A DNA stretch of 64,000 nucleotides from Octopus vulgaris (Eukaryota): NCBI GenBank assembly GCA_951406725.2, contig OX597819.1:75330001-75394000 (forward strand), written 5' to 3'. Of this stretch, positions 12,249 through 25,209 are shown one piece after another (position 1 is the stretch's first letter; each line of letters starts with the position of its first letter). Position numbers and translations under genes: made by a program. The notes below the pieces were generated by a model that was given only the letters and a program-made list of their open reading frames with translations, did not search any database and was not told the origin of the DNA.

Positions 12249-12781
12249 ATGTTTGAAAATTTTTTGTTATCCTGAATGTATTTCGTTCTTTTTCTACATT
12301 ATGCAATTCACAAGGAAAAGTTATTATGTTTAATATCATATACAAGAGTAATAATGTCGATATATACAAGAACGGCTAAACTTTACGAAACCACTTTTTA
12401 ATGTTTAGCTGTAATTATTCTGATGTATGTTTTTTTTTTAAAAGTCACTTCATGTCTTTTAATTACATGTATTTGTTTAGTTTGGCACAAAAATTTAAAT
12501 GCTGTTATTTTTACTTTTAACCCTCTAAACTCTGACAATGTTTTAAAGAGGAATGACCAAATTAAGGAAGACGAGGGAAAAGCGAAAGATGCTGTGTTCT
12601 TTGATACAACAAAATTGATTCATGGTGATAATTTTCTAATGCAGGCACAAAGTCAGAATTTTTTTTTTAGATTGAGGTGGAATAATTTAGTTCTAATGAT
12701 TTCTTGATTTTATTACAGGGGTTAATATTAATTACTTTGTTTAAAAAATTATTTACTTTGTAGTAAAGTAAATTACAGCAT

Positions 12782-13758
12782 GGAATACACTTAGCCATTC
12801 AGAAACCCTAACAAACTGTCAACTTGATCATTTATTAACACCCGGCCATCAAAACAAAAAAAAAAGTTTAATAGGTGTAAAAGAGTGTGTATTAAACAAA
12901 TATGAGAACAAATATTGGTTAATATAAAGATCTTCACCCGTTAACAAAAAGAAAACCAGCCTACTGGGGCTAATGCTGAAGGAGAGGTGCGTTTCTGCAT
13001 TAGCCCCAAAATTTGCGCCAACGGACTGATTATAAACATCCAATATAGCGCTTTTTATCCCCATTACGCTTATACTGTTAAACATTTAATACAGCTCTTC
13101 CTACCCCCATTAAGCTTGTTAACTTGCTTATTGGTGACCGAAAGATCTTGTAATTGACCGAAAATATTAAACAAACAAGGAAGGTATCAGGTGGTCGTGA
13201 GATGTGTTAAAAACAGCCGAATCGCCTGTAACTTCCCCCCCCTCCCACAATGAAACTATATTCCATACCATGATGCATGGGACCTTTTTTTTTAAACCTT
13301 ATACTATTGCTCAAACGAAAATCTAAAAAATTTTCAAACTTTTTTCCATTACACTCAAACAAAAAATAATTCATGAATTTCTTTCTCTTCGAAAGTTCTT
13401 TTCCTACCCCAGCGGAAAACATTTTCTCCACAAATTTCTTTATAATCGTAAACTATGCCGTTTGAAATGTATTTATATAAAATTTCATCCTTATAAGATA
13501 TCCATTTTCCTAAAAGATCGACCATGACATTCTTCTCATAGTGAAACCATTCAACACTGTATTTATAAATTTGTTTCTCTCATCATCATGCATGGGATCT
13601 CTTAAAACCAAGCTTCTTTCCACACACACACATACACACCCTTAAAGAATATAATAGAAAATAATTGCGCCGAAAGCTAATTGCTTTGAGAAATTACTGC
13701 AGGGAATACACTTAGCCGTTCAGAAACCCTAACAAACTGTCGACTTGATCATTTATTA
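12782..13758. repeat. 56-bp direct repeat (12782-12838, 13703-13758) bracketing a decayed repeat
   Basis: ggaatacacttagcc.ttcagaaaccctaacaaactgtc.acttgatcatttattaa occurs twice. The interior has one motif like the 43.9-44.4 kb repeat units. Confidence 0.65.
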
Positions 13759-13854
13759 AACATTGCCTATCGTTTCATGTAAATATTTTCGCGACATAGT
13801 TCCATGGTGTCTCTGAGACGAAGCTGTTGGCCAGTATTTAAAAAAAAATTTTTA

Positions 13855-14220
13855 TTTCAGTCATTTGACTGCAGGCATGCTTGCGCACCGCCTTTATTCG
13901 AACAAATCGAGCCGAGGACTTATTCTTCGTAAGCTTAGTATTTCTACCGCTAGCTTTTTGCCGAACTGCTAAGTTATGGAGACATAAACACACCAACATC
14001 GGTTGTCAAGCGATGGTAGATGGACAAACATACACGAGCATATATATATATATGTATACACACACACACACACAACGGCTTCTTTCAGTTTTCGTCTACC
14101 GAATTCACTCACAAGGCTTTGGCTGGCCCGAGGCTATAGTAGCAGACACTTGCAGAAAGGTCCCAAGCAACCGGAACCATGTGGTTGGGAAGCAAGCCTA
14201 CCTCACAGCCACACTTGCGC
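13855..14220 (-). mobile_element. Octopus tRNA-derived SINE, near full length
   Basis: Both halves and the central (TA/CA)n are present in reverse orientation. Confidence 0.8.
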
Positions 14221-14798
14221 CTTGTATAGGTTTCAGGATTTTCCTCTATATAGACCAGTCTTTTAATTTGGCTTTTGGTTGAATCCTTCCCTCAGTTGAG
14301 GCACCTTAGGATTTGTTAATATAGCATTTGCCCTCTTGTTGATGTTGCTCATGTCACCATCATCATTATAGTTTTAGTATCACGTATTACCTCAGAAGCT
14401 TATTTTAATTCTTTCATATCTTAGTTTGCTTTAATGCTAAATCTAGAAACTAACTTTAGTTCTAATTTCAATTCATAAACCTTTTTACTAGTTTAAAATT
14501 TTAAAACCAGTCTTACCAGGTTAGTCTGAATTTACATTTAATTTTCAACTACTTGACATCGTCCCATTTGTAATAACATCTCTCAATCTATCAGTATTTA
14601 TATCCAGGATAATAAGAGCATTCCTGATCTACAATATGACTACAAATGATATCCCTTTATTTTATAATATAATATCCCTACTATGCTAGTTAGCAACAAC
14701 TGAACATTACAGTCTGAGACTGACCATGTCCATAAAAAGCCCATATCAAATTTCATCACATCTAATTTATATACAATGCTATTATGGTAATGTGTGTT

Positions 14799-15016
14799 AA
14801 GGCAGCAAGCTGATAGAACCGTTTGCATGCTGGGGAAAAATACTTAGTGGCATTTCCTCCATCATTGCGTTCTGAGTTCAAACTCCATCCAGGTTGTCTT
14901 TGCCTTTCATCCTTTTGGGGGTCAATAAAATAAGTACCAGTTGAACACTGGGGTTGATGTAATCGACTAACTCCCTATCCCCAAATAGCTGGCCTTGTGT
15001 CAAATTTTGAAACCAG
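14799..15016 (+). mobile_element. SINE inserted in the second copy of the duplicated segment
   Basis: Absent from the copy at ~4650; flanked by TSD TATGGTAATGTG (14783, 15017); B-box-like gagttcaaactcc. Confidence 0.8.
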
Positions 15017-15538
15017 TATGGTAATGTGCTGACCTGACTACAGGCACTGTTTTAGGACTGTCCTTCTTCCAAATTTTGGCAGTTCAATGCCCCTACCTCT
15101 ATTGACATCCCCTTCCTCTTCCCTTTATAACCTGTTTTTCACTGTTCTATTTGTAGCTTTCCATCATCTTCCCTCATCCTCATACAATAGCCATTCCTTT
15201 AGTGCTGTTATAATCGGAAATGGCTCTGATGAAAGTAGAATGAATTTTCTTAGGTTGTTCAATTTTCTGCAATTAATCAATAGACCAGTTGAGTAAACCT
15301 GTCTGTAATGTACTGGAAACAGCTGTAAGCCAAATTTACTCCAATAAAGGAAAAATATGTAATGACCATTATCTTAAACTTGATTCGGATCTATTCCATC
15401 TCAATCACAGATTTTTTTAATTAATTTTTTTTTTTAACTAAACAGTCTGAAACTTTGAATATTAGTAGAATTTCTCACGTAGAATACAATTAAGTTATTT
15501 TGTGTTAAAGTTGTATTTGGGTAATTTCAGCCAATATA

Positions 15539-15665
15539 CAGGGGGTCTACAAAGTCTGGTTACATGGAGTAAATAAAATCATAACATAAACAATTAAATA
15601 TAAGAAATAATAATTTCTTTAAGTGTGTGTTAATCCCCATGTACCCAGACTTTGCGGACACCCTG
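15539..15665. mobile_element. Tc1/mariner-type MITE
   Basis: TA|CAGGGGGTCTACAAAGTCTGG ... CCAGACTTTGCGGACACCCTG|TA terminal inverted repeats with TA target duplication. Confidence 0.8.
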
Positions 15666-16631
15666 TATATTCAAAACAGTCACAGTCACTTCACATGAAT
15701 TTATTCAGAGCAATTCCAATCAGTACTATTACAACCACAATGGGTCACTTGACCATTTAAGAGGATTTCACCAACTGTCATACTACCTCCCCCTGCATTT
15801 TCTTTCTCTTTTTCTTCTTTACTGCTGCCTCCTTTCTCAACTACTACTGCTTCTTAATCAAAAAACAAGAATTCATGTCAAACCACTACTACCTGCTGCC
15901 CACTTCCTAGAACTCACATGAATAAAAAGAGAGACAGACAGAAAAAAGGAAAATGCCTATTGCATTTGAAAACTATGGAAATATTTTAAAAAAAAAAATA
16001 TTTCATTTAATTTTTCCACTATTTAATTATTTTTCATGCTTTACTCTCAGTTGAAAAAGTCACTAAGACTGAAACCAGTACTAAAATGTTCTTCATGATA
16101 AAATTATTTTAGCATTTTCTCGAGATTGCTCCAATCTGGCCAGACCCAAGGAAAAACTAAGCTAAGAGCATTAGATTCCTTGTAAGAAAGCAGCAAATGT
16201 ATACGAAAACAAGGACAGAAAAAAAACAGAGAAAGTTACACAAATACAAGTAACAGGACATAATGGGTGTCTTTCGACTAAGGATGAATTAAATTAAGCT
16301 GGCGTGTGTGGAAGTAAAGCCTTACGACAGGGATACAAGATTTCACAGGCACAAGGAAGAATGATGTTGCATGAACAACAGCGGAACCAAGAGAGAAAGG
16401 TCATGCTTGACCGAAGACCGGTCATGTGGGGAGAGAAGAGAGAGGGACAGAAGAAGGCGGGGGCGAGAAAAAATGACGGGCACAGTGAAGGGAAAAGAGG
16501 ACGGAAATATCATTCAACCACGGTGGTGGTTGAATATATTCTTAAGTCCACCATTTCGCCAATTGCAGCAGCTTCAAAGCTTCACCACTAATTCAGTTAT
16601 CAACTAAATTGGAAACTGTGAACAATTTTAA

Positions 16632-18168
16632 CCCTTTCGTTACTATATTTCTGACCAAAATACACCCCTCATGAGTTTCAATTAAATTCTAAAATAATCA
16701 TGAATTTAGACTAGTTTCATTAAATAACTGTAACTTTTTTACTTAACATATTAATGTGATATTTGGAACATAATTAAAGAAAGGGTTATTAATCAAAAGG
16801 TAAAAATATTAAAATTTTGTTTAAACATCACCGTAGAAAATCAGTCCTCAGCTAATATTCAATTGGGTATGCAACAAAATTTTGATACAGATGAATTTAA
16901 TGCACAACAGGTGTACCATAAAGGTGAAATAAACTGAAATATTGGAATCCACCTAAATCCACTGCAAGTTTGACCGAAGTAAAAAAAAATCGGTCAAAAA
17001 ATAATATATGGCCCTGGTTATGGTATGGAAGTGATAAATTCCAGACCACATCATACCCTAGGCCATGCTGACTAACATTATTTTCCCTGTATAAAAACTC
17101 TGTGTGGTAAGTAGCTTGCTTATCAACCACATGGTTCCGGGTTCAGTCCCACTGCGTGGCACCTTGGGCAAGTGTCTTCTACTATAGCCTTGGGCCGACC
17201 AAAGCCTTGTGAGTGGATTTGGTAGACGGAAACTGAAAGAAGCCTGTCGTATATATGTGTATATATATATATATGTATGTGTGTGTATATGTTTGCGTGT
17301 CTGTGTTTGTCCTCCCAACATCGCTTGACAACCGATGCTGGTGTGTTTACATCCCCATAACTTAGCGGTTCGGCAAAAGACACCGATAGCATAAGTACTA
17401 GGCTTACAAAAAATAAGTCCTGGGGTCGATTTGCCCGACTAAAGGCGGTGTTTCAGTCAAATGACTGAAACAAGTAAAAGAGTAGTACTCAGTATTTGCT
17501 CCACAAATTTTCCAAACTTTGATTCCCCATTTCGTGGCCTTTTCTGGCATATACTATTTGTTTACATTCTGCGTAATAGTTTGTTTCCTCAGTGATAGCT
17601 TCAAACAAGCATACTGTAAAAAAGTAAAAGTCCAACGGTTTTGCTTCCTAAGAAAGACTATGGATAGACCCCATCTCTTCAGAAAAATTGCTAATAAAAA
17701 CATTTTAAAAGTTTTTACTTCATTCCGATGTAAAATCGTCTTTGCTGTTGCTATCGCTGCTTTCAGTTTCAGATACAGAAATATCCTATTCATTCTCGTA
17801 CACCACGTGCTTTTGTAGCTCATTCATTCTTTTTCTCGATATCTCCATATTTTCCGTTGAAAATCCTTTAAATTTGGAATCACTGCTTGATAGCATGAAA
17901 CTCCTATCCATTTTCAAAGCTGAAAAAAAATCGACGCCGAAAAAAATCTCCCAAAATTCACTGAGTTCAGATATCATGTCAAGCAATAATCAGATACTAT
18001 AACTCAACTATTTACAAAGTGAAATCACATATTTTCACAAATGTACTGAGATTTGTGCTTAAATTCACATTTAAATAACAATGGGTACTCTTGGCTGGCT
18101 ACGGCCGGGTTGGTGTTATGAGCCAAAAAATTTTTCGGACGGCTACAGCCGGGTTAGTATCAAAATGG
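16632..18168 (-). mobile_element. Non-autonomous piggyBac element, copy 1, containing a SINE
   Basis: TTAA|CCCTTTCGTTACTA ... |TTAA ends; transposase remnant GYDVVWNL...GHILFFDRFFFTSVKL; co-linear with 42127-43588. Confidence 0.85.
17098..17483 (+). mobile_element. Octopus tRNA-derived SINE (OK/OR-type), slightly 5'-clipped
   Basis: B-box-like GGTTCAGTCC, central (TA/TG)n, tail gactgaaacaagtaaaagag. Confidence 0.88.
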
Positions 18169-20973
18169 TTAAAGAGGACACCTCTTTAGCTACACTTTGG
18201 CATAAATAGTTTGAGAAAAAAAGTTACATCAAAATATGAGGGTCTAAAGGTGGGCAGTAAGGCACCTATTCATCTTCAATTAACATAAATTTTTAAATTT
18301 TAAAATAAAAGTATACTATTCTTAGGCTTAAATGATAGAAAAATGCATGAGGAATTCAGAATCGTTAGTTGCATTGAACAAAAATTAGTAGAAAAAAAGT
18401 TATACGGTAAAATGTCATGAAATTTCAAGTCAGTAATTGAGGAAGTAAGTAACGCTCTGAGCAATAATGTTATAAGAATATAAGTATATAATGAAGTTAT
18501 TTTTAATATGCTGTTGAATTAGGGTAAGTTTAACTTTAATTATTATTTTTCTCTTTCAGCTTTTTTGCTTTTCCTTTTCTTTTTAGTTAATTATTTAATC
18601 AGGCTAGTTGATTAATGTGTTATATGCTTCAGATATGTGCATCTAAATTTATTGGGACAGGAATATAGTCATTTTTGGCTGTGTCTCTATGGGCAGACCT
18701 GAAGGCACGTAGTAAAGCTGTCCAGAAAGGGCATTGGTTAAAAGTGCTTATATTCTAAATTTACTTTTTAAATTTCAAAATTAATTAAAAAGGATTTTTC
18801 ATAAATCTATATTAATGGGATGTAGGTAATTTTAACTTGTGTATATCTGATATACTTCTATAATTACTGTTGTATTGAATAATTATTGATAGATCTAGAT
18901 TAGCAGCAATCAGTGCTATTATCACCAACTCAAAATCTAGGTTACTTAAGGTGAGCCTGGTAACTGATGGTTTTGGCATCTCATTGTTTGTAACTTTTAG
19001 CTAGCCATGGTGCAACCAACAAGATGGTAAAATTCCCTGCCATTAATTTGGTGTGGATGGGTAATATCAAATAATTCAATCACAACATATATTTAAATGT
19101 CTATAATGTTGTTAGGAATCAATAAATTTACTCCAGGATCTCTTAATTTAGACTGCTGCATTGATTCCATGTTTTGTCCCTATCATTTCATTTAGCATTG
19201 AAGTTTCCTTTGATCATGTAGATCCTTTTCACAGCAGCTGCTTTATTTTTGATTGCAGGTCATTGAAGAATCCAGTTGACATTGCAGTACTTTGCATGGG
19301 CCTAAGGCAGTTAGGTATGAATACAACAGTCCCCTTAATTTTTCCTAATCATTGGTGTGGTTCTGTATTGCATATTTAGTTATTATTTTAGCATGTGGCC
19401 TATCACAGTATCCATATTTTACGTTGTGAAATGACTTGGTCTTGGTTAGGTTTAGGGTAAGGTTAGTGTTAGATTGCATGGAGAGCTGTAAATAATCAGG
19501 TTAGACTGCATGCTAAAGTGGCACCCATGCATATATACACAAACGTGTATGTATGCAAAAAGACAGTGAAGCTTGGTGCAGTCTTCTGCCTAGCCAGCCC
19601 CTGTCAAACTGTCCAACCCATGCCAGCATGGAAAGTGTTGTTAATGATGATTATATATATATATATATATTTGTAATAGTTGATTCCATAAGAACTTAAT
19701 AACTTTGAAAACATAATTCTTTTTTGGAATGGTGAATCTTGAAGTAGATAAAGCTATACATAATAGCAAGTAAATATTGGGTTTAAAAACCCTTTGCAAA
19801 GTAAAAGTTGAAAACACAATTCTCACTATACAATAGGTGGGAGACAAACATCTATGACAACCTACCGAATCCACACACAAGGCTTTGAAGAAGACTCTTG
19901 CCCAGGGTGTTACACTATAAGACTAAACCCAAGACCAGCCACAAAGCCACACTATTTGGAATTGTATTTTTTTTTTCATATTGCCTTGTGCAGTATATTT
20001 TAGATGGGTCTGTAATTTTTGTAGTACAACGTCTGTTACTGATTATGATACTGCTAAATTCAGAAAAGCCTGAGTTTGTTTCTTGGAATTTGTTCCATTA
20101 GATTTTGTTTTTGAAGCTTGAAAATGTCAGCTGTTTTTTCCTTCATTGATGTGTGTGTATTGTAAATTGATAGGTGGTCTGAGGGAAATTGGGGGAACAA
20201 TGTGATTTCAGTTGGCTTAGCGACTTGTGTTGGTTTGGATGTTAAAGGAGTTTATCTGTGATGTAGTTTTTTGTTAATATGTACGATTTGCAAACCAGGT
20301 GTTGAGTACATTGACGAGTTCTCCCAATAACGACATTTATGATAGTGTTGCAATAGAGGCCTATAACCTGATGTTTTTGTCACTGAGATTGGCTGTGGTA
20401 ATATGTATGTTTATTGTGCTTTTTACTGCTGGTTTTTATTCTGGAAACCTTCATTGTTTTTGTGGTCACTGTTGTTACATTAGCTTTCCATGCTGGCATA
20501 GGTTGGACATTTTCATAGGTCTGATGACCAAATTTCTGCAGTGCTTCTGTGACTACATGCTTTTCCATAAACCAACCACTTGATAGAATGTACCAAGTCC
20601 TTTTTTTATAGCACTAGTAAATGTCATTTCTCATTTCAGTATAAAATTTTGACTTGTTAATTGTTTAAATTTTGCTGTAGGTATTCTAGCTGTTGTTTAT
20701 CTCCAGGTTAACCCTGATTGATTAGACTTGTTATCAAAAGCATTCCAGCCATCTTTTATTTTCTGAAAAATAGATTTTGCTCCTATTTCTAGCAGGTCAA
20801 GCTACCACATGAATTTTTCTACTCTCATTTTTGATGGGTGTAGTTGAAATTTTTCCTTTTATGTTTTTTTTTTTTTTTTAATGTGCTTTAATTTTCTGTC
20901 TGCTATATCATTCTCATTTTATCTTTCTTCTTCTCCATTTTAGAATTCTTTTATTGCTGAATCATTTCAAGAT

Positions 20974-22089
20974 ATGGGTCGGAAGAAAGAAACACCGGTC
21001 ACACAAAAGTTGAAAACTCTGAAGGGATCACCCGACATTGTTCTGGATGCAGATAGTCCCAAAACAGAGAAACCTCAAGTTGTAAAGCGTAGTAGTAGGA
21101 TTCGCAAAATTCAGTCAAATATTTCTGAGATAACTCAAAACAAGACAACCAAAGCGAGTTCTACAATGGCCATTTTAAATACAGACATGCCCAAGGAAGT
21201 TACTTCTGAATTATCCCCCAAAATGTTTTACAGTAAGAGAAGGTCAAGTAGATCTGTTAAATCTGTTGGTAAGAGTGACAGCACATCATCTAATGTTCCA
21301 AGCCGTGTAACTCAGGCTAAGAAGACAATTCCTTTGAATGAAAATGATGAAGATTTGAAGGAAACTGATGATGCTGTGGCTGGAATTTCTCCCAAGTCAT
21401 TCTATAGCAGATCTAGGAAGCGCTCACAAGTACAGCCTGTGCCTAAGGATCTTAGTAAGAAGTTGAAGCTAACAGAAAAACCCCTTGGCTCAAGGCGTTC
21501 AAGTACCAAACAGCAGGTTGGTGAACAGGTAGCAGAACAAATTCTTAATGAACTTAGCAACAATTCCAAAGATAAAAAATTGTTTCCTGTTGCTGAAGTT
21601 TTAGAATCGGTTGTGAACGATGATTGTGCCATCAGTAAAAGTGTGGCTTCAAAACAAACTAGAGTTAGCAGAATAAAGAATAACAGTTCTAAAGTCCCTG
21701 ATGACATTGCATCAACGAAAAAAGCCCCTGAAATGACTGTTAGAAAGTCTCTCAGAACTTCAACAAATACTCAAATACAAACCAGCTCTAAAGCCCCAGT
21801 ATCAAGAAGAAAAAATTCTGGTTTAACAATTGCTGAAATTGTTGCTGAGGTGTCTACTGAAGGGGCCAGTGGATTAAAATCATCCAGTTCTAACATAAAG
21901 ACTGATTCTTCTACTTCAGTCAACAGCAGTGATGCTGTGGAGAAAGGGAAACCAAATCTAGGTGGTTCTCTGAACACTGCTTCTGCTGAGAAAAAATTAC
22001 AAGGAAACCAGAAAATGTCTACTGAAAGTTCTAACTGTACTTCAAAGAATACAAAAAGGAAAACCACAAAGAAATCCTTGTCGAAAAAA
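20974..22089 (+). CDS. CDCA5: Sororin-like protein, coding exon 1 (372 codons, basic S/K-rich and disordered)
   Basis: Long ORF after a polypyrimidine tract and tttag acceptor (20943). Donor AAA|GTAAGT at 22090, phase 0. Confidence 0.8.
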
Positions 22090-23771
22090 GTAAGTATTTT
22101 ATGAAGTGTACTTGATGTTGCCATGTGTCTTGGTGTGAAGGCACATAGCTCAGTGGTTAGTGCCGGGCTCACAATCATGAGGTTGTGAGTTTAATTCCCA
22201 GGTCAGGCTGTGTGTGTCACTTTGCTCCAGTTTACTCAACTGTAGAAAAAATATGTTGCGACATCACTGGTGACAAACTGTATCAGCCTTTCCCTTGGAT
22301 AATGTTGGTGGCATGGAGAGAGGAGGCTGGTATGTATGGGTGACTGCTGGTCTTCCATAAACAACCTTGCCCAGACTTTCACGTTGGAGGGGAGCAATTC
22401 CATGGTCATTCATGACTGAAGGGGATTTTTACCTCCCTCCCCCACTTTTTTTGTTGATGTACTAAACTATCTCTTAGGACATTGATTGCCACTTGGGGAT
22501 GTATGTTTTGAATATATTAATGACATTATCAGAAAGCTTATTTTAATAATCTTTTATATATGTAATACATTAAAAAGTGAACTTTGCAACTCTCCCAAAT
22601 AATGTATTTGATACATTAAATAGATAATGGAATATTTTTATAGATGCTATATTTTATTTCTGCTTTTGGTTATGTGGTTAAGAAGTTCATTTCACAATCA
22701 GATAGTTTTGAGTTCATTCTCACTGTGTAGCACCTGTGTGTCTTTTACTGCAGCCCCATATCATAGAAGATACTTGCGAGTAAATTTGCTAGACAGGAAC
22801 TGTGGAAATTTTTTGTGTGTGTATTATGTGGACAATAGGTGTTAGTTGGTTTACACCCCCATAACTTAGCACTTTGGCAAGATGAGACCAATAGGAAAAG
22901 TACTTGACTTAAAAATAAATACTAGGGTAGATTTGTTTGAATTGTGCAGTGCAGTGTCCCAGTATGGCCTCACTCTAGTGACCGCAACAAAGAAGACATC
23001 ATCTGAATTAATAACTATATATAAGTTAATTGTATCTTGTATTTCCCCTGGCTTCCCAGACCCGGTCAAACCGTCCAACCCGTGCTAGCGCGGAAAGCGG
23101 ACGTTAAACGATGATGATGATGATGATGATGATATAAGTTAATTGTATCTTGTATTTAAAATATACTTTATAGATAATGGCAAAAGTATTTTTTAATTGT
23201 AACTATAGTAGGAAGAATAGGTGCAGGCAGGTTTTAGGTTCCGTCTCACTCCTTGATGTCATGGGCATGTATCTCTTATAGTCCTGTGCTGACCAAAACT
23301 TTGTGAGTGGATATGGCAGATGTAAAATAAAGGAAGCCTGTCATGTGTATGTGTTTGTGTATATTCTTATCTAGATGGTTATAAATGAGCATCATGGTGT
23401 GAGTGAGGTTGTTCGTTTCTAGTCATTCATGGGAAACATCTAGTTATGGGAAAATATTACTTTGTTTGGAAACAGATGAAGGCTGCAGACAGGAAAGGTA
23501 TATGGTCATAAAAAAATCTGCCTCAACAAATTCTATCTGACCCATGTAAGCATGGAAAAGTGAATGCTAAATGATGTATTAGGAAGAATGTATAAAACCT
23601 GTAAGTTGCTATGAAGTGTTGTCAACCCAAATGAAACTCATTTAAGAACTAATAGTTGTGAGTAATCTGTTTGTGGTTAATTAAGTTATAGAAGCATAAA
23701 GTAGTAGAGCCAATTCTTTTGTTTCTTTTCAAAAAGAAACAATGCAAAAGTATTATGCTATAAAATTATTA

Positions 23772-24768
23772 GCTCTGCATTAGTGAAGGCGGAGGTATTG
23801 TTTTCAGTTGTGTTTGTTTGTTTGTCCGTGGACAAGATATCTCAAGAACCACCAGATGGATTCAGATGAAACTTTTAGGGATGTTTGGTCTTGTGACTGG
23901 CACAAAGTGATTAGATTTGGGGATTGATCCAGTACTATACAAGAATTCTGGATTATTTGTTATGTTTACTTTACATGAAGTATTAAGATCTTACGTTGAC
24001 TTTCAAGTCTTTCACTGATTATCTCCCTTGAAAGCATGCTCATGGTTTCCATGTAAGTTATGGTGGCTTTAAGTTTTATTTTCGTTTCTCTATTATTAAC
24101 TTGTGTCTCTTAGTAGAAACTGATGGATAAAGTAATCAAACTACATACATAAACGACAGCAAAATCGTTCAGAAATTAAATAACACTAACATTCAGTAAC
24201 AATAATAAATTTAATTTATCCATGACAATTTTTTGTTTTACCAATTTTGAATATATTGCTCCTGTTTAAAACCTCTTACTTACTTGACAATTGCTTTTCT
24301 AGTTCTGCCTTGAAAGAAGCTTTATTTCTTGGACTCACATTTTTGTGTGCAATGATGTTGTTAAACTCTGTTAGCAGCACCGTGTGCAGGTCCTTTCCAT
24401 TTTCTTACAAGTACATCTAAATTTTTCACTATAGACCTTAATGGTCATAAAAACATTATGTCAATGGTTAGACTAAAAAAAGCCTTCATACGACACACAC
24501 ACAGCATTACAAACACAGCCCGCACACCCACATTCCATGACTACCATTGGGATTGATCAGGTACCAAACAAGGATTCTGGATTATTTTTCCTTTTTTTGT
24601 TTTTACTTAATTTTTGAGAGCGATCTGGTTCGTTTATAGTATTCTCGTTTTTGAGAGCAGTTGAGTTTATTTTAGATATTCTCATTTTAAAAGTCATCTC
24701 CGGCTAATCATTGTGAGGACATTGGTGTTGCCTTGGCGGAGGTTTGTGCTCTTTGAGTCCTCTTGTTT
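23772..24768 (+). mobile_element. Non-autonomous Helentron/HINE-like element
   Basis: Subterminal inverted ctc(t/c)gc...ggcggaggt motifs, a (gttt)n/gtcc microsatellite near the 5' end, and a short 3' hairpin followed by a T-rich end. Confidence 0.5.
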
Positions 24769-25209
24769 ATATTATTTTCAAATTTTGGTAGAAGGCCAGC
24801 AATTCTGGGGAAGAGGGTAAGTCGATTGCATTGGCCCCAGTGCTCAACTGGTAGTTATTTTATTGACCCTGAATTGGGGTGCGTCTTAGTATGCCATCAA
24901 ATATGTTAATATATTGCTTGATTTAACCATTCAATCCTTGGGTGCCTGAGTCAACTCTGTTGCAAGCATTTAGACCAGGCCTAAGGATCATGGGCATTGC
25001 CTTTCCTCCAGATAAAACAATACGTACACAATATATACTTACAGTTAAGTTTCCTTAAGTGTATTGAATCTTGAAACAAAAACCCTTTTTTTTTTCTTTG
25101 ATAATATCATTTCTTCATCTGTCCCGTATTTATATGCATGTGTAAAGAATTTAAGAAACTTGTAAGAATTAGATTGTATCTCAAAAACTGTCTGTTCTTT
25201 ATTTTCAAG

